DNA from: an uncultured Gemmatimonadales bacterium
GTDB taxonomy: Bacteria > Gemmatimonadota > Gemmatimonadetes > Longimicrobiales > RSA9
Direction: 5' to 3'
NCBI GenBank assembly: GCA_963708135.1
Contig: OY970192.1
Location: 5,152,001-5,216,000 of the forward strand
Length of the DNA stretch: 64,000 bases
Under the pieces are notes generated by a model, which was not told the origin of the DNA, searched no databases, and saw nothing but the letters and a program-made list of their open reading frames with translations. Below are positions 9,101 to 18,280 of this stretch, piece after piece (position 1 is the stretch's first letter; each line of letters starts with the position of its first letter). The position numbers were made by a program, and so were the translations under genes.

Positions 9101-10603
9101 TCATGGCGTCCGCTGGCCCTCGATGTCCCGGCCGTTCTGGTGCAGCACGAGCGAGGTCACGGCGCCGCTCGCATCGCGGCGGAACTCGAGGGTGGCATCC
9201 ACGACCTTGTAGAAGAAGCGGTCGCCGCCCTCGGCGAAGATGGGGAGCGCGCCCTGGCCGGTGATCTGCGCGCTCAGGCGGTCGTCGGCGCGGGCGATGG
9301 TGAGGGCCACGCCGGGCGCCAGCTGGTAGCGGCCGACGTAGGCGTCGAGCTGGGTGGGCGTGAGTTGCACGACGGTGTGGCGCGCCGGCGGCGGCGGCGG
9401 CACGAGGGGGATCGTCGCGTCGAGCAGGTGCAGCCCGATGTCGTCGGCGCCGGTGGCACTGTTCGAGAGCATGATCACCCCGACCCGGCGGCCGGGCTGG
9501 TAGCCGACGAAGGCGTGGTAGCCTCCGGTCTCGCCGTTGTGCCAGACGACACGCACTCCGTCGTCGCCGTCGCGGACCATCCAGACGAGGCCGATGCGCG
9601 TGGCCGGCACCGGGGTCGGGCGCCGGGGCAGGCGCGCCATGGCGAGATCGCGCGCGACGGGCGCCATGGTGTCGGCCGCCAGTGCGGCCTCGAGGTAGCG
9701 AAGCATGTCGTGGGCGGTCGAGCGCAGGCCGCCCGCGGCGGCCAGGGTCGCCATGTCCCAGTTGGCGACGGTGTCGCCCGCGGCGTTGTGGCCGGGCGCG
9801 AGGCGGGCGCGCTCACCGGAGGTCAGCGTGATGCGCGTGTCCTTCATGCCGAGCGGCCCCGCGATGCGCGCCCGCACGAGCGCCTCGTAGCTCGTGTCCG
9901 CACGGCGCGCCAGGGCCAGCCCGAGGAGCCCCACGCCGAGGTTGGAGTACTCGTACTGCGCGCCGGGGTCGCGCGGCAGCGTGTACCCGTCCAGGAAGCG
10001 GTAGAGGTCGGCCACCGTGTAGCCCCCGTACGGATCCTCGACGTCGGCCGGCCGCAAGTTGGTCGGCAGCCGCGGCAGCCCCGACGACTGGGTGGCCAGG
10101 TCGAGCAGCGTGATGGCCCTGCCGTCCTTCTGCGGCACCCGCACGCTATCCGGCAGCAGCGCCGCCACCGGCTGGTCCAGCCGCACCTCCCCGCGCCGCA
10201 CCATGTCCGCCAGCAGCGTCGCGGTGAACGTCTTGGTCACGGAGCCGATCTCGAAGACGGTGCCCGCGTCGGGCGCGGGCGTGCCGGGGCCGTCCAGCGT
10301 GCCGGCGGAGAGGAAGCGGGCGCCGTTCGCGTCCACCACGCCCGCCACGATGCCGGCGCCGGACAGGAGCTTCACGCGCGCGTCGAGCAGCCGCTGGATC
10401 ACGGAGTCCGGCGGCAGTGCCGACGGGCCCGCGGGCGGCGCGGCGCGGGTCGCGCCCGCCGGTGCGTGGGCGGCCGCCGTGCTGCCGTCCTCCGCCGGCC
10501 GCGTCTGCTGTGCCGCGAGGCGCGCCGCGCCGGCGGCGGTGAGGGCGAGGAGCGCGGCGGTCGCGGCCGTCGTCGCCTGGCGAATGAGAGTCGTGGTCGG
10601 CAT
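9101..10603 (-). CDS. Serine hydrolase (class C beta-lactamase/peptidase family) with C-terminal DUF3471-like domain
   Basis: Signal peptide, FEIGSVTK (SxxK), YSN, WHNGETGG, and C-terminal LDAYVGRY. Confidence 0.88.
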   Translation of the reverse strand: MPTTTLIRQATTAATAALLALTAAGAARLAAQQTRPAEDGSTAAAHAPAGATRAAPPAGPSALPPDSVIQRLLDARVKLLSGAGIVAGVVDANGARFLSAGTLDGPGTPAPDAGTVFEIGSVTKTFTATLLADMVRRGEVRLDQPVAALLPDSVRVPQKDGRAITLLDLATQSSGLPRLPTNLRPADVEDPYGGYTVADLYRFLDGYTLPRDPGAQYEYSNLGVGLLGLALARRADTSYEALVRARIAGPLGMKDTRITLTSGERARLAPGHNAAGDTVANWDMATLAAAGGLRSTAHDMLRYLEAALAADTMAPVARDLAMARLPRRPTPVPATRIGLVWMVRDGDDGVRVVWHNGETGGYHAFVGYQPGRRVGVIMLSNSATGADDIGLHLLDATIPLVPPPPPARHTVVQLTPTQLDAYVGRYQLAPGVALTIARADDRLSAQITGQGALPIFAEGGDRFFYKVVDATLEFRRDASGAVTSLVLHQNGRDIEGQRTP

Positions 10604-10639
10604 CGTTGGCTCCGTTTCATGCGGCGGCGCGCGGCCGCG

Positions 10640-11221
10640 TCAGTCTTCAAGGTCGGCGATCATGCGGTCGAGCTCGGCCTCGCGCGGCCTCAGCTCGCGG
10701 GCGACGACCGCATGGTTGAGCGCGTAGATCCCGGCCGAGAGCAGGGCCACGACGACCGCATAGCCGAGGGTGGCCCACGAGCGGCCGGCCAGCCCCGCGA
10801 CAACCAGCACGCAGCCCACGGCGAGCGGCGCGATGTACCAGAAGAGCACCGTCTCGAGGAGGCGGGCCTGCGCGTGAACCCGTCGCCGCTCCGCCCGAAG
10901 CGCCTCCGCCAGCGCGCAATCCGGGCCCGGGGCGGCGAGCCGGCGGGCGCGGGTCAGCATCCCGGCGATCAGGGCGCTGCCCGCGATCACCAGCAGCACC
11001 CCGACCCGGGCGAGCCACGGCCCGACGACCAGCACGGGCGAGAGAAGCACGATGGCGACGCCGGCGGCCGCCATCTCGCGCCAGTCCCGGCGGCGAATGG
11101 TCCGCTCGAACGCCGCCGAGCGGTCCAGCACCAGCGCGAGCAGCTCCGCGTCCGACATGCGCCGCCCCTCGGGCTCGCGGCCCCCCGCGGCCCATGCGGC
11201 CCGACTCTCTCCCAGCGTCAT
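10640..11221 (-). CDS. Four-TM membrane protein, putative anti-sigma partner
   Basis: Overlaps the ECF sigma stop (ATGA). Four hydrophobic segments and a WYIAP motif. Confidence 0.7.
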   Translation of the reverse strand: MTLGESRAAWAAGGREPEGRRMSDAELLALVLDRSAAFERTIRRRDWREMAAAGVAIVLLSPVLVVGPWLARVGVLLVIAGSALIAGMLTRARRLAAPGPDCALAEALRAERRRVHAQARLLETVLFWYIAPLAVGCVLVVAGLAGRSWATLGYAVVVALLSAGIYALNHAVVARELRPREAELDRMIADLED

Positions 11222-11751
11222 GCGTCCTCCTCGGCCAGCCAGCCGCCCATGCGGCGGCGGATCCGGTGCAGCTTCACGCCCACGTTGCTCTCGCTGATCC
11301 CCAGCACCTCGGCCATCTCGCGGTAGCTGCGCTCGTCCAGGTACAGCATCACGAGCGCCCGGTCCGCCGGGCTGAGCCGGGCAATGGCGGCGTAGAGGCG
11401 CTCCAGCCGCTCGGCCGCCTCGAGTCGCTCGTCCGGCCGCGGCCCTCCGTCCGCTACCGCCCCGTGCGGCGGCGGCTCCCCCGACGGCGGCCCGGGGCGG
11501 GCGCCGCGCCGGCGCGCGTGCGTCAGCCCCGTGTTCAACGCGACGCGGTACAGCCAGGTGCCCGGCGAGGCACGCCCGTCGAAGGAGTCCAGCGAGCGCC
11601 AGAGCTGCACCAGGATGTCCTGGTACAGGTCCTCCTCCGTGCCGGAGCTCCGGCCATAGACGCGGCAGATCCTGCGCAGCCGCGCGTCGTTCTCGCGGAT
11701 CAGCGCCAGGAAACGGGCCTGCCGGGTCGGGTCGGGCGTCGTGTCGCTCAT
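11218..11751 (-). CDS. ECF RNA polymerase sigma factor
   Basis: EDLYQDILVQLW, TWLYRVALN, and region 4 SYREMAEVLGISESNVGVKLHR. Confidence 0.93.
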   Translation of the reverse strand: MSDTTPDPTRQARFLALIRENDARLRRICRVYGRSSGTEEDLYQDILVQLWRSLDSFDGRASPGTWLYRVALNTGLTHARRRGARPGPPSGEPPPHGAVADGGPRPDERLEAAERLERLYAAIARLSPADRALVMLYLDERSYREMAEVLGISESNVGVKLHRIRRRMGGWLAEEDA

Positions 11752-11906
11752 CAATGGGTTCGTTGCGCGAGGCGGGGGATCCTTACAGTCGGCGAGCGGG
11801 TGAGCGGGCGAGCGGGTGAAGGGGGCGACTCCGGGTTGCCTTCGTTTTCGCCCTCCGGGGCCAGGCCTCGCGCCCGTGCCGGCGCCGCGCGGGGCGCGAG
11901 GACCCG

Positions 11907-12416
11907 CTACGCTTCCCGCTTGCGGCCGAAAACGTTCCGCAGCAGCAGGCCGGCCAGCATGGCGTAGACGAGCACGGCGATGCCGATGAGCAGGTAGGGC
12001 ATGACGCTGTGATGGCGCAGCAGGAAGGCACGCTCGGCGGCGGCGGGGTCCACCCAGGCCGTCACGCTGGCGCCAGGCTTGTAGCCGGCGAGCACGGCCT
12101 CGGCCCAGCTGCGCGTGCCGGCCTCGTCCGTCGGCGTCACGCGCGAGCCGGTGTAGCGCGTCCCGGCGACGTCGTAGCCGAACACCACCCGTGGCACGTA
12201 CCGCTCCGCGGCCCCCGCGGCCCCCGCGGCCCCCGCGGCCCCTCGCGGCACGAGCGCGGTGGCCAGAACGCGGGCGGCGACGGGCTGGAACGTCGCATAC
12301 CGGTGCTCGGACGCGAGCACGCGCCGGCCGGCGGAGATCATGAGCGCCGGAAGCACGAGGAACGGGATCGTCATCGCGACGGCAATGGCGCGGCGAAGTG
12401 GTCCTCGGGAGGGCAT
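11907..12416 (-). CDS. DUF3592-like membrane protein
   Basis: N- and C-terminal TM helices flank YVPRVVFGYDVAGTRY and YKPGASVTAWVDP. Start MPSRGP at 12416. Confidence 0.7.
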   Translation of the reverse strand: MPSRGPLRRAIAVAMTIPFLVLPALMISAGRRVLASEHRYATFQPVAARVLATALVPRGAAGAAGAAGAAERYVPRVVFGYDVAGTRYTGSRVTPTDEAGTRSWAEAVLAGYKPGASVTAWVDPAAAERAFLLRHHSVMPYLLIGIAVLVYAMLAGLLLRNVFGRKREA

Positions 12417-12549
12417 CGGGTCAGGAGTCTTCCGTTGATCGTGAGTGGGAGCGTGGGAGATGTGGGAGACCCCGGGCCGGTCCCCCGCGCCCGTTTCGTT
12501 CCCGGCCTCGCGCCCCGCCTGCCGCCGCGCCGGGGTCACCGGCGTCGGG

Positions 12550-12672
12550 ACGGTGCCCGGTGCGCCCGGTGCCCGGCGCGTCCGGCGCGTCCGGCGCGTC
12601 CGGATCGGCCGCTGCGTCCGGTGCGTCCGGTGCGTCCGGTGCGTCCGGTGCGTCCGGTGCGTCCGGATCGGC
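12550..12672. repeat. 9-bp tandem repeat (CCGGTGCGT/CCGGCGCGT)
   Basis: Directly visible tandem copies. Confidence 0.85.
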
Positions 12673-12774
12673 CCTGAATCGTCGCCGCGCCCGGCGGCGC
12701 AACGGGTGCCGCGCGGCCGGCCGCATCCCCCACTCCCCCACTCTCCCACTCGGGGCCCGCGGGGTGAGGAGAGG

Positions 12775-13227
12775 CTACAGCGCCGCCAGCACCTGCTCGG
12801 CGTGCTCCTGCGGCTTGACCTTCGGGAACACCTTCGCGATGCGGCCGTCCTCGTCGATCACGAAGGTCGTGCGCTCGTTGCCCCGGTACTTCTTGCCGAA
12901 CATCGACTTCTGCTTCCACACGCCGTACGCCTCCGCGACATGATGGTCGGTGTCGGCGAGGAGCGTGAAGGGGAGATCGAACTTGTCGCGGAACTTCGTG
13001 TGCGACTTCGGCGCGTCCGGGCTCACGCCCAGCACCACCGCCCCCTTCTGCTCGAACTCGCGGAAATGATTGCGGATGCCGCACGCCTGGATCGTGCACC
13101 CCGGCGTGTTGTCCTTCGGATAGAAGTAGAGCACCACCTTCTTCCCGCGCAGATCCGCGAGCTTCACCATGTTGCCGTCCTGGTCCGGCAGCGCGAAATC
13201 CGGCGCCTTCTCGTTCTCCTCGAGCAT
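12775..13227 (-). CDS. bcp: Thioredoxin-dependent peroxiredoxin Bcp/PrxQ
   Basis: APDFALPDQDG, VLYFYPKDNTPGCTIQAC and ERTTFVID. Start MLEENE at 13227. Confidence 0.95.
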   Translation of the reverse strand: MLEENEKAPDFALPDQDGNMVKLADLRGKKVVLYFYPKDNTPGCTIQACGIRNHFREFEQKGAVVLGVSPDAPKSHTKFRDKFDLPFTLLADTDHHVAEAYGVWKQKSMFGKKYRGNERTTFVIDEDGRIAKVFPKVKPQEHAEQVLAAL

Positions 13228-13289
13228 TCTCTCTCCTCCGTTGCGGGGGGCCGAAATCTGAATGTAGGCGCCTCGCTCCGAGGGGCAAC

Positions 13290-13492
13290 GGGCCGTCCGG
13301 CTTCTGGGAACGGGCGTCCGGCTTCGAGGGAACGGGGTGTCCGGCTTCGACGGAACGGGGGATCCGGCTCCGAGGGAACGGGGTGTCCGGCTTCGACGGA
13401 ACGGGGGATCCGGCTCGGATGGAACGGGGGATCCGGCTTCGACGGAACGGGGGATCCGGCTCGGATGGAACGGGGGATCCGTCCGGCGGAAC
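13290..13492. repeat. ~23-bp tandem repeat (GGAACGGGGGATCCGGCTTCGAC), about 8 copies
   Basis: GGAACG recurs every 22-23 bp upstream of bcp. Confidence 0.88.
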
Positions 13493-13759
13493 GCGCGATC
13501 CAGCTGCAATGAAAGGGGGAATCCCCCCGACGCGAGCGCACCTGCCCCGGCCGGGAAGAGCCGGATTCGGATTCGGATTCCGCTGCGCTGGATTCGGATC
13601 CCGCTGCGCTGGATTCGGCTTCGTTGAACGGGGGCGGGAGTAACGGAGCGTGGTGGCCTGTCCGGCGTCGCTCAACCCGAGTGAGCGGCTTTCTGCCGGA
13701 GCCGCGAGCACCAGTATCGTGGGCGGCGCGGTGCGGGAAGGCGATTCGTGATCGGGTGC

Positions 13760-14081
13760 CGCGGTGAACTCCCCACCCGTCCCCCGGCGCGGAGACGGTT
13801 GGGGAGTTGACCGCGCTATTCGTTGTCAACTCCCCAAGGGCCACAGGTGCACGGGAACGATTGGGGACTTTGCCGCGCTATTCGCAGTCAAGTCCCCAAA
13901 CCTCGATTCCACGACCAATGCGTGGGGACTTTCCTGCCCTCGCGCCTCCCCTCGCCGGACCGACGCATTGGCGCGGACGGCGCGCGGCCGAGGACGCCCG
14001 CGTCCGCCTTCCGCCGTTCAACGAATCCGCAACCAGGGGGGCAGCGGCGGAATCCGAATCTGGCGGTTCCCGGCACTGGCC
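13760..14081 (+). repeat. Dispersed triple-hairpin element (family H2) copy A with adjacent GGATTC/GTTGAACGG module
   Basis: Core 13760-13936 has three ACTCCCCA/AGTCCCCA...TGGGGAGT/TGGGGACT stems at a 61-62-bp period. Reverse-oriented homologues lie at 30889-31065 and 47124-47301. Confidence 0.88.
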
Positions 14082-14314
14082 CGGGCGCCCGGGCGATGCC
14101 GCCAGGGCAACCGGGGGCTGCGGGGCGGCGCTGGCGCGCCTACCTTCGTCGCGGGCCGGAGCCGGAGCCGGAGCCGGAGCCGGGCCGGGGCCGGAGCCGG
14201 GGCCGGGGCCGGAGCCGGGCCCCCGCCCAGGCCCCGGGCCGGGGCCGCAGCGCCGCGGCGACGTGCGCAACGGGAGGGAGCCGTGCCCGAGAGGGCACTT
14301 TCCTGGATCCGAGG

Positions 14315-14989
14315 ATGCCGGAAGCGATCGAGCTTTTTCGCGAGCGGTTTCAAGAGGCACGTGCCGAGCTGTTTTGCCGATTGCTCGCCCCGAGGCCTGG
14401 GCTGCGCATCCTCGACCTCGGTGGCAACCGGGGCCAGCTGTCGCGACGCATCATGGAGCGAGTCTCCGTTGATGTGACGGTCGCGGACATTCTCGACCTC
14501 GCTGACGTGTTCGTCGAAGGTGGGATCGAGTTCGTTCTGCTGTCACCGGAAGCCCACCTGCCGTTCGAGGCGGCCGAATTCGACATTGTGCTCTGCAACT
14601 CCGTCATCGAGCACGTAACGCTGCCCAAGCCAGCATGCAGGCGCCGCGACATCTCGAATCGCGACTGGCTGAGCCGCGCCCGCGCCGCGCAGCGCGCGTT
14701 TGCCGCGGAGATCCGCCGGGTCGGACGCGGTTACTTCGTCCAGACGCCCCATGTGTCGTTTCCGCTCGACTTGCATCTCGGCCTGCCATTCAGCCACTGG
14801 CTCCCACACCGCGCCGGCCTCGAGCTCACGCGTGTGACCGATCGGTTCTGGATCCGCAAGTCCGGCGACTTCGACTGGCAGCTGGTCCCGCCCCGGCTGA
14901 TGCGAGAATTCTTTCCCGAGGCGAGCCTGCACGTCGAGCGGTGGCTCGGCTTGCCGAAATCACTCGTGGCCTACAAGCGAGCTCGGTAG
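14315..14989 (+). CDS. Class I SAM-dependent methyltransferase
   Basis: RILDLGGN, LPFEAAEFDIVLCNSVIEHV and EIRRVGRGYFVQTP. Start at ATG 14315 is uncertain. Confidence 0.82.
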   Translation: MPEAIELFRERFQEARAELFCRLLAPRPGLRILDLGGNRGQLSRRIMERVSVDVTVADILDLADVFVEGGIEFVLLSPEAHLPFEAAEFDIVLCNSVIEHVTLPKPACRRRDISNRDWLSRARAAQRAFAAEIRRVGRGYFVQTPHVSFPLDLHLGLPFSHWLPHRAGLELTRVTDRFWIRKSGDFDWQLVPPRLMREFFPEASLHVERWLGLPKSLVAYKRAR

Positions 14990-15081
14990 CTGCAGCCCGC
15001 GCGGAACTTCGTCGCGCGACTCGCGGGCTCGGCCGCCAGGCTATCCGCGGCACGCAGGCAGGCAACGCGCGAGGAGATCGG

Positions 15082-15252
15082 CGGGCATCTCGGCCCGGCG
15101 AGCACCTTGGCCCGGCGAGCATCTCGGCCCCGGCGAGCATCTCGGCCCCAGCGAGCACCTCTGGCCCGGCGAGCACCTCGGCCCCGGCGAGCAGCTCGGC
15201 CCGGCGGGCATCTCGGCGAGCACCTCGGCCCCGACCTCGGCCCGGCGAGCGT
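15082..15252. repeat. 17-18-bp tandem repeat (CGGCCCCGGCGAGCACCT)
   Basis: About 9 degenerate copies. Confidence 0.85.
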
Positions 15253-15341
15253 CGAGGCTGCGAGCGCGCGACGCGGCGCCTAACTTGTTCGGGCGCCGTG
15301 CGGGGCGACGCGGCGCGCGTACCTGCGAACGGAGGACCGAC

Positions 15342-15956
15342 GTGCCGGACAGAGCACTCCTCATCGTGGACGTGCAGAACGACTTCTGCCCCGGCGGCGC
15401 GCTGGGGGTGCGCGCTGGCGACGAGATCGTGCCGGTGCTGAACCGGTACGCGGAGCGCTTCCACGACGCGGAGCTGCCCGTGATCGCGTCGCGGGACTGG
15501 CACCCCGCGCGAACGACGCACTTCAAGGCGTGGGGCGGCCCGTGGCCGCCGCACTGCGTGGCCGGCACGCCGGGCGCCGCCTTCCATCCCGACCTGCGCC
15601 TGCCGGAGCACACGATCGTCGTCTCGAAGGGGACGGACCCGGAGGCGCACGGCTACTCGGCGTTCGACGCGAGGACGCCCGGGGGCGAGGGCGTCGCCGC
15701 GCTGCTCGATGGCTTGGGGGTCCGCACCATCTACATGGGCGGGCTGGCCACGGACTACTGCGTGCTGAATACGGTTCTGGACGCGCGCCGCCACGGCCTC
15801 GACGCGGTGATACTGCTGGACGCGGTGCGGGGGATCGATGTCGAGAAGGGCGACGTCGCGCGCGCGCTCGACCGCATGCTGCGCGCGGGCGCCCGTACCG
15901 CCACGCTCGAAACGATCGGCGAGGAGCTCGGCCCGGGCGCGGAGGTCGGAGGCTAG
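15342..15956 (+). CDS. pncA: Nicotinamidase/pyrazinamidase
   Basis: VDVQNDFCPGG, RDWHP, WPPHCV, KG, YSAF and GLATDYCV. GTG start after GGAGG. Confidence 0.93.
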   Translation: MPDRALLIVDVQNDFCPGGALGVRAGDEIVPVLNRYAERFHDAELPVIASRDWHPARTTHFKAWGGPWPPHCVAGTPGAAFHPDLRLPEHTIVVSKGTDPEAHGYSAFDARTPGGEGVAALLDGLGVRTIYMGGLATDYCVLNTVLDARRHGLDAVILLDAVRGIDVEKGDVARALDRMLRAGARTATLETIGEELGPGAEVGG

Positions 15957-16024
15957 GCCAGGAGGGGGACGCGCACTCCATCGGAGCAGGTTGCGCCGCT
16001 TGAATGCGCCTTCTCTCGCGACAG

Positions 16025-16732
16025 CTAGCGGCGCTTCGCCGGCCTGAGGCCGAGCACGCCGTTCAGCCAGCGGACCAGCGGCAGCATGGCGGCGAAATCG
16101 GCCTCGAGGGTGGCGGGCAGGTCGTCGCCTATGGCTTCGGCGGCATCCAGCTCCCGGCCGAGGATGAAGGAGCGGTGGCGCAGCCAGTGGGCGGCCGGAT
16201 GGTCGGGGTCGAAGCCGCGCGGGGTGCGCTTGAGCATGTCCTCGTCGCTGAGGGCGCCGAAGCGGCGCTTCACGTCCGGGGCCGTGACGATCCGCTCGAA
16301 GGCCTCCGGCTTCTCGGCGATGGCCTCGCGGAAGCGGTCGAGCGCGGGCCGCGGCGGCCTCCACATGCCGCCGCCCAGGAACGACTCGCGGGGCGAGAGG
16401 TGGAAGTAGAAGCCGGCGCCGCCGCCGACGGCCGACTGACCGACGTTGTGGGCGCCGTCGCGGTGGAAGAACCAGCACGCGACGTGGGTCTTGTAGGGCG
16501 ACTTGTCCTTCGAGAAGCGGATGTCGCGGTAGATGCGGAAGGGCGAGCGCTTCACGTCGCCGATGATCTCGGGCGCGAACCTCGCCAGGCGCGCGTCCAT
16601 CTCCTCGACGAGCTCTCGCATCGGCCGGCGGATGGAGTCCTCGTAGCGCTGGCGGTTGGCCTCGAACCAGGGCTTCTCGTTGTTGCGGGCGAGCGCCCGG
16701 AGGAAGGTCAGGGACGCGGAGGAGAAGGGCAT
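16025..16732 (-). CDS. DUF2461 (TIGR02453) family protein
   Basis: FLRALARNNEKPWFEANR, FRIYRDIRFSKDKSPYK and LKRTPRGFD. Confidence 0.9.
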   Translation of the reverse strand: MPFSSASLTFLRALARNNEKPWFEANRQRYEDSIRRPMRELVEEMDARLARFAPEIIGDVKRSPFRIYRDIRFSKDKSPYKTHVACWFFHRDGAHNVGQSAVGGGAGFYFHLSPRESFLGGGMWRPPRPALDRFREAIAEKPEAFERIVTAPDVKRRFGALSDEDMLKRTPRGFDPDHPAAHWLRHRSFILGRELDAAEAIGDDLPATLEADFAAMLPLVRWLNGVLGLRPAKRR

Positions 16733-16770
16733 TGGCTTCCGTAGGTGGAGCGGCGGCGCCCCGCCGGTGG

Positions 16771-18048
16771 TCAGGGGCTCTCGGGCGCGCCGATCGCGCC
16801 GAGGAAGAGGATGCTGCCGCTCAGGCGCTCGCGGATGGCGACGAGGAACGGCCGGTCCACGGTGAAGCGGACGCGCTGCGGCACGCTCGTGACGCCCATG
16901 CCGACGGAGGTGGTGGCGGCGGCCTCGGTCCCCTCCTCGTCGACCTTCACCCAGGTCTTCTGCTTCACGATGCTGATGTAGAGCCCTCCGGCGGCGGACA
17001 TGCCGGTGAAGTCGGCGCGATCGGGGGAGAAGGCGGTCGCCATGCCGAGGTCCTGCAGCGGCTGGTTCAGGACGGCCTCGTAATCCAGCCGGAGCCGCGG
17101 CATGGAGAGGTCGAGGTCGGCCGTGTGCAGGGCGCCGATCCAGCCGTCCCATCGTGTCGCGTCCAGCGCGGCCACGAGGTCGGCCAGCCGGGTCCCCTCG
17201 GGCGGCAGCACGAGGTCCATCACATAGGCGCCACGGGAGTACGGCAGCTCCACGCCGGTCGTGCCGTCGGCCGCCTGGAAGTACGACCCATCGCCGCTGC
17301 GGTGCATCATCTTCACCGTGAGGGTGGCACCGGCGTCGGTGGAGAAGGGCGCGTCGCGCGTCTCGGCCGGATCGAATCGGTCGCGCCAGGAGCCCTTGAA
17401 GTAGACGGCGTCGATCAGGAACATGACCATGGACGGGTCGATCGGGGCGTCCACGATGCCGTCGATCCTGCCGTCCGTGCTCTGCTTCACCCAGTCGTTG
17501 ATGGTGGCCGCCGCCTGCGGGCTGTTGAAGTCGAGGGCGGTGACCCGCGCGTCGAAGTAGGTCTGCACGGTGTCGAAGAAGGCGCGCTCGAACGGGAAGC
17601 CCTGGCGGGTCCAGACCGAGTTGGCCACGCGCACGTCCACGCCGTCGTCGAGGCCGGCGAGCAGGCCGAGCAGGGAGCGGTAGGCGTGGTTCGCGTCCGC
17701 GAGCGAGCCGGCGCCGAACCCGAGCGTCGCGCGCATGCCGTCCAGCGTCTCGCCGCGCGCGCCGTTCATGGCCATGCCGAGCGCCATGGAGGCGCTGAGC
17801 GGCGAGAGGAAGACGTTCGCGGCGGTATCCCCCCGCGCCGTCTCGCGCAGCAGCCCGAAGGCGAAGCCGTTGCTTCCGGTGATGACCTGCTGCTCGGCAG
17901 CCGTGAGCGCGCGCGGCAGGGAGGTGAGCGGCTCGGGCTGCGTCTCCGAGCGCGGTCCCGTGAAGAGGTCGCACGCCCCGAGTAGCGTGGCGAGCGCCAG
18001 CAGCGGAAGGCCGGCGGGAAAGCGGAGGAAGGGACGGCGGTTCTGCAT
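16771..18048 (-). CDS. Serpin (serine protease inhibitor), predicted lipoprotein
   Basis: Lipobox LLGAC, NVFLSPLS, INDWVKQSTDGRI, AVYFKGSW, hinge VDEEGTEAAATT and DRPFL. Confidence 0.93.
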   Translation of the reverse strand: MQNRRPFLRFPAGLPLLALATLLGACDLFTGPRSETQPEPLTSLPRALTAAEQQVITGSNGFAFGLLRETARGDTAANVFLSPLSASMALGMAMNGARGETLDGMRATLGFGAGSLADANHAYRSLLGLLAGLDDGVDVRVANSVWTRQGFPFERAFFDTVQTYFDARVTALDFNSPQAAATINDWVKQSTDGRIDGIVDAPIDPSMVMFLIDAVYFKGSWRDRFDPAETRDAPFSTDAGATLTVKMMHRSGDGSYFQAADGTTGVELPYSRGAYVMDLVLPPEGTRLADLVAALDATRWDGWIGALHTADLDLSMPRLRLDYEAVLNQPLQDLGMATAFSPDRADFTGMSAAGGLYISIVKQKTWVKVDEEGTEAAATTSVGMGVTSVPQRVRFTVDRPFLVAIRERLSGSILFLGAIGAPESP

Positions 18049-18280
18049 GCGACGCCTCCGTGCACGCCCCGGCGGCGCTCGCGCGCGCCGGCTGTCGGCG
18101 CGCCGCGGCGTCCGGGGCCCGGGATCCAGACTCCGGTGTAACCCTAGCGCGCCGCGCCCCTCCGGGTCAACGGAGGGGACCGCGCGGACCGCGCGCGCCC
18201 GGAGCTGAATCCGCGGCTGCCGGCGGAACGTAGGGAAGGGAGTCCGCCGGCGCGCGGCGGGCGTCAAGCCGAGGAGTGGA

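Noticed and set aside
9101..10603. Bona fide antibiotic-resistance beta-lactamase
   Set aside because: The SxxK, YxN and HxG motifs are shared by many peptidases and esterases, and there is no mobile context.
13760..13936. CRISPR array (36-bp palindromic repeats with ~25-bp spacers)
   Set aside because: There are only two full, non-identical repeats. The spacers are homologous between the three dispersed copies, and no cas genes are in the window.
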